Shown here piece by piece: positions 9,581 through 18,299 of a DNA stretch of 64,000 nt; the stretch's first letter is position 1, and each line of letters begins with the position of its first letter. The position numbers and the translations under genes were made by a program. Source of the DNA: Candidatus Binatia bacterium (GTDB taxonomy: Bacteria > Desulfobacterota > Binatia > DP-6); contig JAXLXP010000007.1 of the NCBI GenBank assembly GCA_046327955.1, positions 56,029 to 120,028 of the forward strand, read 5' to 3'. Under the pieces are notes generated by a model. It worked only from the letters and a program-made list of their open reading frames with translations. It was not told where the DNA came from and did not search any database.

Positions 9581-9596
9581 GAACGAACGTTCGTTC
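9581..9596. promoter_or_regulatory. Perfect 16-bp palindrome GAACGAACGTTCGTTC, candidate operator of the carboxylase operon
   Basis: Lies 18-33 nt upstream of the ATG at 9563, at the start of an otherwise non-coding ~300-bp upstream region. Confidence 0.4.
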
Positions 9597-9859
9597 TGTA
9601 CCATGGCAACGAAGACTCCCCGCTCAGTCACTCGACCCGACCTCGCTGGTCAGCTGCAGCGGCCGCGCGCGCGCGGCCCCGGCCCGTGGAGACGCCCATC
9701 CCCACGTGCCCATCGCCGTTCCGCTGCGAGGCATGGATGAGTGGCGTGTGCGTCATCGATTCGTCTGCCGCGCGGTGGCGGCATCGGCCGCGGACCATCG
9801 CATTGTCGGGACGTGAACGCAATGGTCGAGCGCACAACCGGCATGGCGCATCCGGGTCC

Positions 9860-10465
9860 CTAACGGCGCGGCGGGCGGCCGAGGAGCCGGCGGAAGAACC
9901 GGACCACGGCCTCCCACGCGACCCGCAGGATCACGGGCAGGATATGGAGGGGCTCCGCCTTCGCGGGCATCGTGGCGATCGGCGCCGCGGTCCCACTGGC
10001 AGACGCCGCCTCGGCGGCCGCGAGCTGCTCTTGCAGACGCGCCACGAATTGTTTGAAGAGCTGCTGCGACACGCCTTGGATCATGCCCCGGCCGACCTGC
10101 ATGATCCGCCCCGTCAGATCGACGCTCGCCTCGGCGACGACTTCCGTCTGCCCGTCGGACACCGTGCGCATCCGGCTCGACATCGTGCCCTTGGCGAGTC
10201 CGCCGCCGGTCTCCTTGCCCTCGGCCAGCATCTGGACCGTGTGCGCCTGCTCGTCGACCTGCTCGAGCCGCACCCGCCCCTTGTAGCTGGCCGTGATGGC
10301 CCCGACCTTCACCTTGACGGAGCCGACGAAGGTGCGATCGTCGACGATCTCCTCGAGCTCCGCGCCTGGCAGGCACGTGACCACGCGGCGCGGGTCCATG
10401 ACGAACGCCCATACCGCGGCGATCGGGGCGCGCACCTGAAAGGTCTCTCGAATCTCGACGGCCAT
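9860..10465 (-). CDS. coxG: CoxG-family SRPBCC protein (carbon monoxide dehydrogenase subunit G-like)
   Basis: 201 aa: MAVEIRETFQVRAPIAAVWAFVMDPRRVVTCLPGAELEEIVDDRTFVGSVKVKVGAITASYKG..., the typical CoxG N-terminal pattern. Confidence 0.8.
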   Translation of the reverse strand: MAVEIRETFQVRAPIAAVWAFVMDPRRVVTCLPGAELEEIVDDRTFVGSVKVKVGAITASYKGRVRLEQVDEQAHTVQMLAEGKETGGGLAKGTMSSRMRTVSDGQTEVVAEASVDLTGRIMQVGRGMIQGVSQQLFKQFVARLQEQLAAAEAASASGTAAPIATMPAKAEPLHILPVILRVAWEAVVRFFRRLLGRPPRR

Positions 10466-10483
10466 CGACTGGAGCCCCGCCCC

Positions 10484-11128
10484 TTAGCCTTCGGCCTTCG
10501 GGCCGTCAATCATCGCGAGGTAGTCCGCCCACGTATCGACGTCGCGAGGGGGTGCCCCCTCGCACGGCACCTCCACCACCCACTCGGGATGCGCCACAAT
10601 CAGGGCCCGCGCCCCCTGGTCGCCCTCGAGGCGGGCCACGTCCTCCCAGATACGGCGCGCGAGCAGCACCGGGTGCCCAGGCACCCGCTCCGCCCCGACC
10701 GTCCAGACCGGCCGAACGACCGCCGCGCGCGTCGTGTGAAACGCCGCCACGACCGCGCCGACGACCTCGGCCTGCACGCCCGGCTGGTCGCCGAGCAGGA
10801 TCGCCGCCGCGTCGGCGCGCGCGCTGGCCGCACGCAGGCCGACCCGCAGCGAGGAGCTCTGGCCGCACGCGTGCTCCGGATTCACGACGACGCGGACGCG
10901 GCGTCCCGCGGGCAGCCGCAATCCGGCCCGGATCTCGTCCGCCCGATGGCCGAGCACCACGACGATCTCGTCGATCGGCGCGCGCAGCGCCTCGTCGAGG
11001 ACGACCTGCAGCAGCGACCGTTCCCCGACTTCGAGGAGCTGCTTGGGGCGCCCCATCCGCGTCGACGAGCCGGCAGCGAGGACGATCCCCGAGACGACGG
11101 GGCGCGCGACGACCTCAGGTCCGGCCAT
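10484..11128 (-). CDS. MobA-like NTP transferase (molybdenum cofactor cytidylyltransferase MocA-like)
   Basis: ATG at 11128: MAGPEVVARPVVSGIVLAAGSSTRMGRPKQLLEV...LLGDQP. It carries the LAAGxSxRMG nucleotide-binding signature. Confidence 0.8.
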   Translation of the reverse strand: MAGPEVVARPVVSGIVLAAGSSTRMGRPKQLLEVGERSLLQVVLDEALRAPIDEIVVVLGHRADEIRAGLRLPAGRRVRVVVNPEHACGQSSSLRVGLRAASARADAAAILLGDQPGVQAEVVGAVVAAFHTTRAAVVRPVWTVGAERVPGHPVLLARRIWEDVARLEGDQGARALIVAHPEWVVEVPCEGAPPRDVDTWADYLAMIDGPKAEG

Positions 11129-12197
11129 GAATCGCACCCGCCGCCGTACTGAGCGGCCCGCCTTCACGCCCATGGCGCGCGGCGACCACCTCGGCCAGGA
11201 TCGCGAGCGCGATCTCCTCGGGCACGCGCCCACCCAAATCGAGGCCGATCGGCGCGCGCACCCGCGCCAGCTCGGCCTCGGAGACACCGGCGGCGCGGAG
11301 CTCCACCCGTCGGCGTTCGAGCGTGCGCCGACTTCCCATCATCCCGACGTACCGCGCGCCGGCGCGCACCGCATGCAGAACGGCCGGGACGTCGAACTTC
11401 GGATCGTGCGTCAGCACGACGACGAAGGACCAGCCGTCGAGGCCGAGCGCGTCGAGCGCCTCGCCGGGTGGCGTGCGCAGAATCGCGTCGGCCGCCCCGA
11501 ACCGCTCCGCGGTCGCGTAGGCGCTGCGCGGATCGACGACCGTCACGCGAAAGCCGAGCGATGCGGCCAGGCGGCAGAGCGCCATCGCGGTGTGCGTCGC
11601 GCCGACGATCACGAGGTGCGACGGCGGCGGGAAGGCCTCGACGAAGATCCGCGCCTCCACGCCATGCCAGGCGCGGCTCAGCACCCGCGTCCCGCCCTCC
11701 GGCAGCAGGCCGCGCGCGGCGGCGGCCACGTCCGCATCGAGCTCGCGGTCGAGCGCTCCGACGTCGGCCCCGCCCTCGAGCAGCGCGAGCTTCCGTCCGA
11801 GCAGCGCCGCCGGCTCGAGCCCGACCGCCAGCGCGGCGGGCCGCTGGTGCTCGAGCGCCGACCGCACCGCCTGCCAGGCCGGCTCGGCGACGAACGGCTC
11901 GATCAGGACCTCGATCGTGCCGCCACAGCTGAGCCCCACCTCGAACGCGACCTCGTCGGCGATGCCATAGGTCGCCATGGCTGGGGCGCCGCGGTCGAGC
12001 ACCTGCATGGCGCGCTCGAACACGTCGCTCTCCACGCAGCCGCCGCTGACCGAGCCGGCCATCCTGCCGCTGCGCGTGACGAAGAGCCGCGCGCCGGGCA
12101 GCCGGGGCGCCGAGCCGCGCATCGCCACCACGGTGGCGAGCGCGATCGCTTCGCCGTTCGCCTGCCAGGCATCGACGTCGGCCAGGATCTCCTGCAT
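11115..12197 (-). CDS. XdhC/CoxI-family molybdoenzyme maturation factor
   Basis: ATG at 12197: MQEILADVDAWQANGEAIALATVVAMRGSAPRLPGARLFVTRSGRMAGSVSGGCVE...HLVIVGATHTAMAL...DPKFD, the XdhC_CoxI plus Rossmann pattern. Confidence 0.85.
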   Translation of the reverse strand: MQEILADVDAWQANGEAIALATVVAMRGSAPRLPGARLFVTRSGRMAGSVSGGCVESDVFERAMQVLDRGAPAMATYGIADEVAFEVGLSCGGTIEVLIEPFVAEPAWQAVRSALEHQRPAALAVGLEPAALLGRKLALLEGGADVGALDRELDADVAAAARGLLPEGGTRVLSRAWHGVEARIFVEAFPPPSHLVIVGATHTAMALCRLAASLGFRVTVVDPRSAYATAERFGAADAILRTPPGEALDALGLDGWSFVVVLTHDPKFDVPAVLHAVRAGARYVGMMGSRRTLERRRVELRAAGVSEAELARVRAPIGLDLGGRVPEEIALAILAEVVAARHGREGGPLSTAAGAIHGRT

Positions 12198-12262
12198 GCG
12201 CCGCCGGTTCTCTTCCCGCCCCGCCGGGCGCGAGTCAACCGCCCCGCGCCGCCCGGCGTGCG

Positions 12263-15200
12263 CTATGTCGCCAACTGCGCGGCGGCGCGGCGGAGGGCGT
12301 CGGCGAGCACGTCGTGGAGAGCAGCGGCACACTCGTCCGACAGCGGCCCCGACGTCCGCCGACCGGCGCGCTCGACGGCGCGCAGCGTCCGCCGCAGTAG
12401 ACTGGTCGCCTCCTGCAGGAGCCGCACTCGCCGCCGCCCGGTCGCGCCGCGGGCGCGGGCCGCCCGGTCTCCGGCCTTCCGAAAGCGCAACGCGATCGTG
12501 CGCGGCACGAGATCGCCCGAACACGACGCCACGGGCAGGCCGCGATCGAACACGCAGGTCACGGCGTCGAGGCCGGTCTGCACGCGATCGACCGCGGCAC
12601 ACGTGGGGACGGTGCCGGAGCACGTGTCGGCCACGTCGCACGCATCGACGGCCGGGCGACACACCGTCGCGGGTGACGCGAAGGCGTCGCCGGGGCACTC
12701 GGCAGAGCGCCCGTCGCAGGTCTCCGCGACGTCGCAGGGGCCGGCGGCCGGGCGACACGTCGTCCCGACTGGCATTGGCTCGCACCCCTGCCGCCGGTCG
12801 CAGGCGCCAGTCAGGCAATCGCCGAGGCAGGAAGCGGCGCCTCCCGGGACGCAAACGTCGCCGTCGCCCCGACAGTGGTCGCCGACGGTGCACGCGTCGC
12901 CGTCGTCGCACGCCGCGACGGACGGCCGCGGCACGCATCCCATGAGCGCGTCGCACGTGAGACACTCCCCGACACAGGGCAGCGGCGCACCACCGACGCA
13001 CCGGCCGGCGGCGTCGCAGTGGTCGTCCACGGTGCAGGCATTCCCGTCGTCGCAGGGAGTGTCCGCCGGCCGGTCCACGCACCCGCGGGGGTCACAGAGC
13101 GTGGTCTGCGCCGCGACGTGTCTCCCGCTGGCGTCGCGCTTCGTGACCTCCAGGGTAAGCGGCGCGAAGCAGTCGAAGGGCATCCGGAACGCGAGCATGG
13201 TGGGTGTCACCGCGTCCGGGTAGAGCGTGGCCAGCAGGGCTCCGTCCGTCGTCCAGATCCGGATGCGGTTCCCGCCTGTCGCCTGGTTGCGCTGCCGGAC
13301 GGCGGGGTCGTCGATCGCGCACGGGCAGGCGCCGTCGACGCACGGCCCCGTGGGACAGACGCCCTCCGGCGTACACGCCGGCAGCGTGGCACAGGCCGAC
13401 GCGTCACCGGCCGGCAGCGCGTTACCCTCGATCGCATTGAAGCCCTCGCCGAACACGCGCACGACGTCGCTCACCCGCGGCCGCCCCGGGCTCACGCGCT
13501 CGAGCACGAGCGTCTCGGCGCGCGGACCGACCGGGCTCCCGAGATCGATGGGCGCGAGCAGTGGCGCCACGTCGTGCGCCAACACCGCCGCGACGTCGCA
13601 CGCGGCACCGGTCCCGCAGTGCTCCCACTGGTTTCCGACCGCCGGTACGGTCGCCGCGTCCGCGGTGAAGAGGTTCGCACCCGCCGCCGTGTTGCGATTG
13701 CCGCTGAACGCGTTGTGGCCGGGAGCGGCCGCCGTCCCGTAGGTGACGTCCGGGGCCTGATGACCGGCGGCCTGCGCGGTAACCGCCCCGAACCCGCGCG
13801 GGAACGATCCGGCCAGACATTGGGTCGCCGCCACGCAGTCGGGATCGACCGTCCCGTCGGCGCGCAGACAGCAGTCGTCGACGGTGCCGCACGGCTTCTC
13901 CTCGTCGGCGGGCGCGGGGCTGCACGTCCCGGTGAGGCCGGGGTACCGGTTGCAGACGAGCGCCACACCCCGGAAGCTCGCGGACGGGACGACGTCGGCG
14001 GACCCATCGACCGTGGTCTCGACGCGACTGCCCGCGAACTGGTTGTCCGCGACATAGTCCTCGTGGAAGTCCCCGACCGCGTTGTCCGCCACCGACAGCC
14101 CGCGGCCGCCCGAGAACCGGACGACGTTGCCGTCGGTGACGAGCGTGCTCCGTTCCACCGTTCCGGCGACAGAGAGCCCGTTCTGCGCCTGCCCCGGAAG
14201 GTTGTGCTGCACGACGTTCTCACGCGCCACGACGTGCCCGCCGAGCGTGCTCTGGACGCCGCCGTTGCGGTTGTCGTGCAGGCAGCTCTGCGCGATCGTC
14301 GTGTGGGCGCCGAAGTCGACCTTGACGCCCTTGTCGGCCGCGCCGGTGATGCGACTCGACTCGATCACGTTGTCGGCGGACCCCACATCGTCGGGCTGAC
14401 CGGCGTCGTCGTCCGTGCCGACGGCGTCGCCGCAGGTCGGGCCGAAAATGACCGCCTGCGCGATGCGGTTGCGCCGAGCCTTCGGCCCCGTGATCCCGAG
14501 CGTGTCGACCTGACACGGCGGCACGGGGTCGGGTTTGCGGCTCCCCTCGAGCGTGAGGCCCTGCAGGACGTTGTCGCTCCCGTACAGGCGCAGGAGCCGC
14601 CGCCCGCACGTATCCACCGACAGGATCACGCCGCCGGGGGCGGCCGCGTGGTCGAGCGCGTCGACGACGATCCGGCTGCCCGTGAAGCAGAGTCCCGCCG
14701 TCGTGCCGTCGGCGACGCCATCGGGCCGGCACTGGTTGCGGCTGTCGTCGAGCGCGCACGGGCGCTGCATCAGATAGACGCGCTGTGGATTCGACGCGCC
14801 CGGGAACGCACTCGGGTCGAAGGTCACCAGCGCCGGTCCCGGGTTGTCTCGCGTATACGCGGCCGCCTGGTCGAGCGCCGACTGCAGGTCGGCGGCCGTG
14901 GTGCCGCCGACGACGAAGGTGCGCGGGTAGGCCGTCCACACCAACGCGTTCGAGACCTCGACCGGCGATCCGGCCACGAGCACGCCGCGCTGCGCCTGTT
15001 CCTGCGGCGACGAACCCGGCACCGTCACGCGGATTCGATGCACCCATGCTCCCGGCTGCAAGCCGCCCATGGTGCCGCAGCGGACGACGCCGCTGCCGGT
15101 GCAGGTGAGCGTCTCGCGGTACGACGTCGCCCCGTCGCCCTGGCAGCCGATCGCGTCGGCCGCGACCTCACCCTCGAGCGCCACCTCGACGATCCCCGCC

Positions 15201-15343
15201 CCAGTCCGGTTGTCGAGGAACACGCTGAGAGTCGCAGTGTCGGGACACACGGGCTCCGCCCGGGTCGAGATTCCGCCGACGGCGATCAGGGCCTGCAGCA
15301 CGATCGCGGCGAGCCGTCGGCGCGGCAGGAGCACGGATCGCAC
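12263..15343 (-). CDS. Large secreted protein: right-handed beta-helix repeats, IPT-like segment, C-terminal Cys-rich repeats with disintegrin-type motifs
   Basis: Track ORF 12263-15553. The likely start is the GTG at 15343 (VRSVLLPRRRLAAIVLQALIAVGGISTRAEP, a signal peptide). Contains NVIESSRITGAADKGVKVD...ENVVQHN beta-helix repeats, CDDGNACTVDDHC repeats, and CRPAAGPCDVAETCDGRSAECPGD at 12686-12757. Confidence 0.75.
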   Translation of the reverse strand: MRSVLLPRRRLAAIVLQALIAVGGISTRAEPVCPDTATLSVFLDNRTGAGIVEVALEGEVAADAIGCQGDGATSYRETLTCTGSGVVRCGTMGGLQPGAWVHRIRVTVPGSSPQEQAQRGVLVAGSPVEVSNALVWTAYPRTFVVGGTTAADLQSALDQAAAYTRDNPGPALVTFDPSAFPGASNPQRVYLMQRPCALDDSRNQCRPDGVADGTTAGLCFTGSRIVVDALDHAAAPGGVILSVDTCGRRLLRLYGSDNVLQGLTLEGSRKPDPVPPCQVDTLGITGPKARRNRIAQAVIFGPTCGDAVGTDDDAGQPDDVGSADNVIESSRITGAADKGVKVDFGAHTTIAQSCLHDNRNGGVQSTLGGHVVARENVVQHNLPGQAQNGLSVAGTVERSTLVTDGNVVRFSGGRGLSVADNAVGDFHEDYVADNQFAGSRVETTVDGSADVVPSASFRGVALVCNRYPGLTGTCSPAPADEEKPCGTVDDCCLRADGTVDPDCVAATQCLAGSFPRGFGAVTAQAAGHQAPDVTYGTAAAPGHNAFSGNRNTAAGANLFTADAATVPAVGNQWEHCGTGAACDVAAVLAHDVAPLLAPIDLGSPVGPRAETLVLERVSPGRPRVSDVVRVFGEGFNAIEGNALPAGDASACATLPACTPEGVCPTGPCVDGACPCAIDDPAVRQRNQATGGNRIRIWTTDGALLATLYPDAVTPTMLAFRMPFDCFAPLTLEVTKRDASGRHVAAQTTLCDPRGCVDRPADTPCDDGNACTVDDHCDAAGRCVGGAPLPCVGECLTCDALMGCVPRPSVAACDDGDACTVGDHCRGDGDVCVPGGAASCLGDCLTGACDRRQGCEPMPVGTTCRPAAGPCDVAETCDGRSAECPGDAFASPATVCRPAVDACDVADTCSGTVPTCAAVDRVQTGLDAVTCVFDRGLPVASCSGDLVPRTIALRFRKAGDRAARARGATGRRRVRLLQEATSLLRRTLRAVERAGRRTSGPLSDECAAALHDVLADALRRAAAQLAT

Positions 15344-15609
15344 GGAAGCCCACACGGCAGGCGTTCCATATCGCAAGTCGCGTGCCGGCGAGACCCCCGC
15401 GCTGGCGGCATCGATGTGGGACACGCTCGCCACTTCCGCGCGCGCCGACAACGCATTCGCCGTGGCGCCGCGTCGAGCAATGCTGCACGACGGGCGGCGG
15501 TGCTCGTGCGACGCTGCGTCCCTACGACGCACGGCCGTCAAAATCGCCCGCACGGCCCGCGTCGAACCCGCGCGCCGACGTGGTACGCCCGCTGCAAGCG
15601 GGGCCCCAC

Positions 15610-15831
15610 ATGCGAGTCTTCCTGTCTCTCACGCTGCTCGTGATCGCCAGCACCGCCCGGGCCGGGCAGATCACCTATGCCACCACGCGACCCAGCGACC
15701 CGCCGCCGCCTCCGCCGGCGAGCGCGAAGGACCTGCAACGGGCGAAGACGCTCGCGGACCAGCTTCAACAGCGAATGAAGCCGGCCCGACAGAGCACCGC
15801 CTGGGCGCACGGCGACCCGACGCGCCGCTGA
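15610..15831 (+). CDS. Small secreted hypothetical protein
   Basis: ATG at 15610: MRVFLSLTLLVIASTARAGQITYATTRPSDPPPPPPASAKDLQRAKTLADQL. Signal-peptide-like N-terminus; no homology recognised. Confidence 0.35.
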   Translation: MRVFLSLTLLVIASTARAGQITYATTRPSDPPPPPPASAKDLQRAKTLADQLQQRMKPARQSTAWAHGDPTRR

Positions 15832-16379
15832 GCACCTCCCGGTGCGCGGCGTCTCGTGAGTGGACGCGGTCGCTACCAATTCGAACCGCCGCGGAAGTTC
15901 CGCTGTCGTTTTCACTACTTGAGACCCGATCCGCCTTCCTCTATCAGCGGATCGCGCCCGAGGCGCTCCGCCTCAAGACGCTCGGGATGTCGGCATCGTC
16001 CATCGCTCGGCTTCTTGGCGTGACAGACAAGACGGTGGCGAAGGCTACCCGTCGTTCTCGATTCGGCACATAGCGACGCATGAGAGGCCTGCCCCCCGAA
16101 TGCTTCGTCACCACGTACATCGTGCGCCGGAATGCGCCAGAATCAGTCGCCATGAACCGAAACCAGCACTCACGCAGCGAAACGCACGCTCGTCGCGTCG
16201 ACGGCCCCCAATGAGAGGCCCGGCTCGGTCAAGGCCAACGTGGCGGCCCCCACGGGCTGAGGTACCTACACCTATCCTCGGGGCTTCTGTTCGCACTCGC
16301 TGGGTCTGTGGACTCGGTGCACGCTGCGTCCAAGTCGCCCCCCCACGTCCGCCCCGCGGCCCGCGTGCCGCTCCCGACC

Positions 16380-16562
16380 CTACGTGGTGACAACGGTCAC
16401 CGCGATGCGACGAGGCTTCGCCGCCTCTGTCTTCGGTAGCGCGACCCCAAGCACCCCATTCGTGAGCCGCGCCGACGCGCCCCGCGATCGTCAGTCAGCA
16501 CGTTGTCGTGGATTCCCACCTCGACCTGCTCGGCGACGATACCGGGCATGTCGGTCGACAGC
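16380..16562 (-). pseudogene. Hsp20/alpha-crystallin gene, 3' remnant (cut by the IS21-family element; also internally deleted/frameshifted)
   Basis: The minus-strand translation adjacent to the IS reads STDMPGIVAEQVEVGIHDNVLT. After a frame change it reads NGVLGVALPKTEAAKPRRIAVTVVTT-stop. Both are hallmark Hsp20 segments, but only ~40 nt apart. Confidence 0.55.
16557..16562. repeat. Target-site duplication GACAGC (left copy) of the IS21-family element
   Basis: The identical hexamer recurs at 22706-22711, immediately outside the inverted termini TGCGTATACCGGCC / GGCCCGGTGCACGCA. Confidence 0.75.
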
Positions 16563-16640
16563 TGCGTATACCGGCCGAGTCGATCACCGATTCCGGCGCA
16601 AGCCGATCACCCGCGCAAGGCGATCACCCGGAGCGAAGCG
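16563..16640. repeat. IS21-family left-end terminal IR plus reiterated subterminal sites (GCAAGCCGATCACC-type)
   Basis: caccgattccgg, gcaagccgatcaccc and gcaaggcgatcaccc are inverted versions of the right-end repeats. Confidence 0.7.
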
Positions 16641-16655
16641 ACGTGAGGGCGGGGG

Positions 16656-16919
16656 TTATTTCGTCGACTTCTCGCCGGTAGTCAAGGTTGCCTTGGCCTT
16701 CCGCAGTGACTCCCCGTGGAGGGTGAGCCGGTGGGCGCCGTGGACGAGCCGGTCGCAGATGGCGTCGGCCACGGTCGCGTCCCCGATGACGGCGTGCCAG
16801 TCCGTCGGGTCGAGTTGGCTGGTGACGAGCGTCGCGGTGACGTTGTAGCGATCCTCCAGGATTTCGAGCAGGCCCTTGCGTTCGGCGGCGCCGAGAGGTT
16901 CGAGGCCGAAGTCGTCGAG
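16656..16919 (-). pseudogene. istB: istB (IS21 helper ATPase), 3' part, separated from its 5' part by the RIT element
   Basis: Minus-strand translation: LDDFGLEPLGAAERKGLLEILEDRYNVTATLVTSQLDPTDWHAVIGDATVADAICDRLVHGAHRLTLHGESLRKAKATLTTGEKSTK-stop. Confidence 0.85.
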
Positions 16920-16940
16920 TTATGTGGAGCTCGACATAAT

Positions 16941-16981
16941 TCGACTCATGTGGAGCACCTCGTAATGTGGCGTCGCCGCCG
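16941..16981. repeat. RIT left inverted repeat (41 bp, perfect)
   Basis: TCGACTCATGTGGAGCACCTCGTAATGTGGCGTCGCCGCCG is the exact reverse complement of 20349-20389. Confidence 0.9.
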
Positions 16982-17078
16982 AACCGCCCCGTCGCGACAG
17001 GGGGTGCGGCCGAGGGACTTCACATAACTCGTAGCCTCGGGTGGGCGCCGCTGGACGGTGCTCCCCAAGGAGGTTGCG

Positions 17079-18299
17079 ATGCTCGCAGAGATGTTCCCTC
17101 GCATTCATGGTCGCCTCGGCTCGCTACGGCTGCTTGGTCCACTGCTCGACGAGTTCATCGGGTGGCTGCACATGCGCGGCTTCCCCCGGTTGCCGATTCG
17201 GTTGCGTGTCCGTGCCGCGCCACGGTTGGCGGCACGGCTCCGACGGCAGGGCATCCGAGACCTCGCGGAGTTGTCCCGCGACCAATGGTTCGCCATGGCG
17301 CCTCGGGCCGACACCGATGTGTACCTCGCGGCGCTGGTCCGCGCGCTGGGGCGGTTTCTCACCGAGCGCGGGAGGTTGAAGCCCTCGACACGGACGGCAG
17401 CGGAGCAACTCGTCGCGGCCTACGGCGGGCACCTCGAGCGTGTCCGCGGATTGGCGAGGTCGACGGTCCTCCAGCACCAGCGCACGGCGTTGGACTTGCT
17501 GTCCTTCGTCGACTTCGCGTGCCCGGGCGACCTCCACACCTTGAGCGCGCGGCGCGTCGAGGACTTCGTCCGCCGGACTGGAAATCGCATCGGTCGGGAG
17601 AGCCTGCAGCACACGGTGGCGCACCTCCGCTCGTTCCTACGGTTCCTCGCAGCGCGGGGCGAGGTCGCGCACGGCCTCCCCGCGTCGATCGACACCCCGC
17701 GGACATATCGGGGGGAGCGTCTGCCGCGCGCCCTGCCATGGGACACCGTGACGGCCTTCCTCGCCGCGATCGATCGTGCGACCCCCATGGGGCGCCGCGA
17801 CTACGCGATCTTCCTGCTCATTGCGACCTATGGGCTGCGCACGAGCGAGGTGGCGGGGCTGCGTCTCGACGACGTCGAGTGGCGGGCGAGCCGGCTGTGC
17901 GTCCGCCGGCCGAAGACCCAGACGCCACTCGTGCTCCCGCTGACGGACGCGGTGGGCGCCGCCCTGCTGGACTACCTGCGTCACGCCCGGCCGTCGCGGC
18001 CATCGTACCGGGAGCTCTTTCTCCGGGTCCGTGCCCCCGCGGGTCCGCTCGCGCCCACCGCGGTCACCGAGGCGTTCCAAGGGTGGACCCGCCGGAGCCG
18101 GTTGCCGATTCCGTACCACGGCCCGCACTGCCTGCGGCACTCGCTGGCCGTGCACCTGCTGCGGCAAGGCACCTCCCTCAAAACGATCGGGGACTTGCTC
18201 GGGCACCGCAGCACCGAGAGCACCTGCGTCTACCTGCGCCTCGATGTCGAGGATCTCCGCGACGCCGCGCTCGACCTGCCACCGGGGGAGCAGCCATGA
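17079..18299 (+). CDS. ritA: Tyrosine recombinase, first of trio
   Basis: AAGGAGG lies 5 nt before the ATG at 17079. C-terminal catalytic pattern ...GLRTSEV...HCLRHSLAVHLLRQG...LLGHRSTESTCVYL (R..HxxR..Y). Confidence 0.85.
   Translation: MLAEMFPRIHGRLGSLRLLGPLLDEFIGWLHMRGFPRLPIRLRVRAAPRLAARLRRQGIRDLAELSRDQWFAMAPRADTDVYLAALVRALGRFLTERGRLKPSTRTAAEQLVAAYGGHLERVRGLARSTVLQHQRTALDLLSFVDFACPGDLHTLSARRVEDFVRRTGNRIGRESLQHTVAHLRSFLRFLAARGEVAHGLPASIDTPRTYRGERLPRALPWDTVTAFLAAIDRATPMGRRDYAIFLLIATYGLRTSEVAGLRLDDVEWRASRLCVRRPKTQTPLVLPLTDAVGAALLDYLRHARPSRPSYRELFLRVRAPAGPLAPTAVTEAFQGWTRRSRLPIPYHGPHCLRHSLAVHLLRQGTSLKTIGDLLGHRSTESTCVYLRLDVEDLRDAALDLPPGEQP

Noticed and set aside
9597-9859. Searched the upstream region of the carboxylase operon for a sigma54 promoter (TGGCAC-N5-TTGC), as known for acetone carboxylase operons. 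Also examined the small ORFs there (9628-9837, 9650-9844).
   Set aside because: No acceptable -24/-12 element was found on the minus strand. The small ORFs have no coding signature.
15925-16073. A helix-turn-helix-like tail (LYQRIAPEALRLKTLGMSASSIARLLGVTDKTVAKATRR), possibly the 3' remnant of a resolvase or transposase.
   Set aside because: Only ~45 residues, no upstream catalytic domain and no start context. It is too short to assign without a database search.
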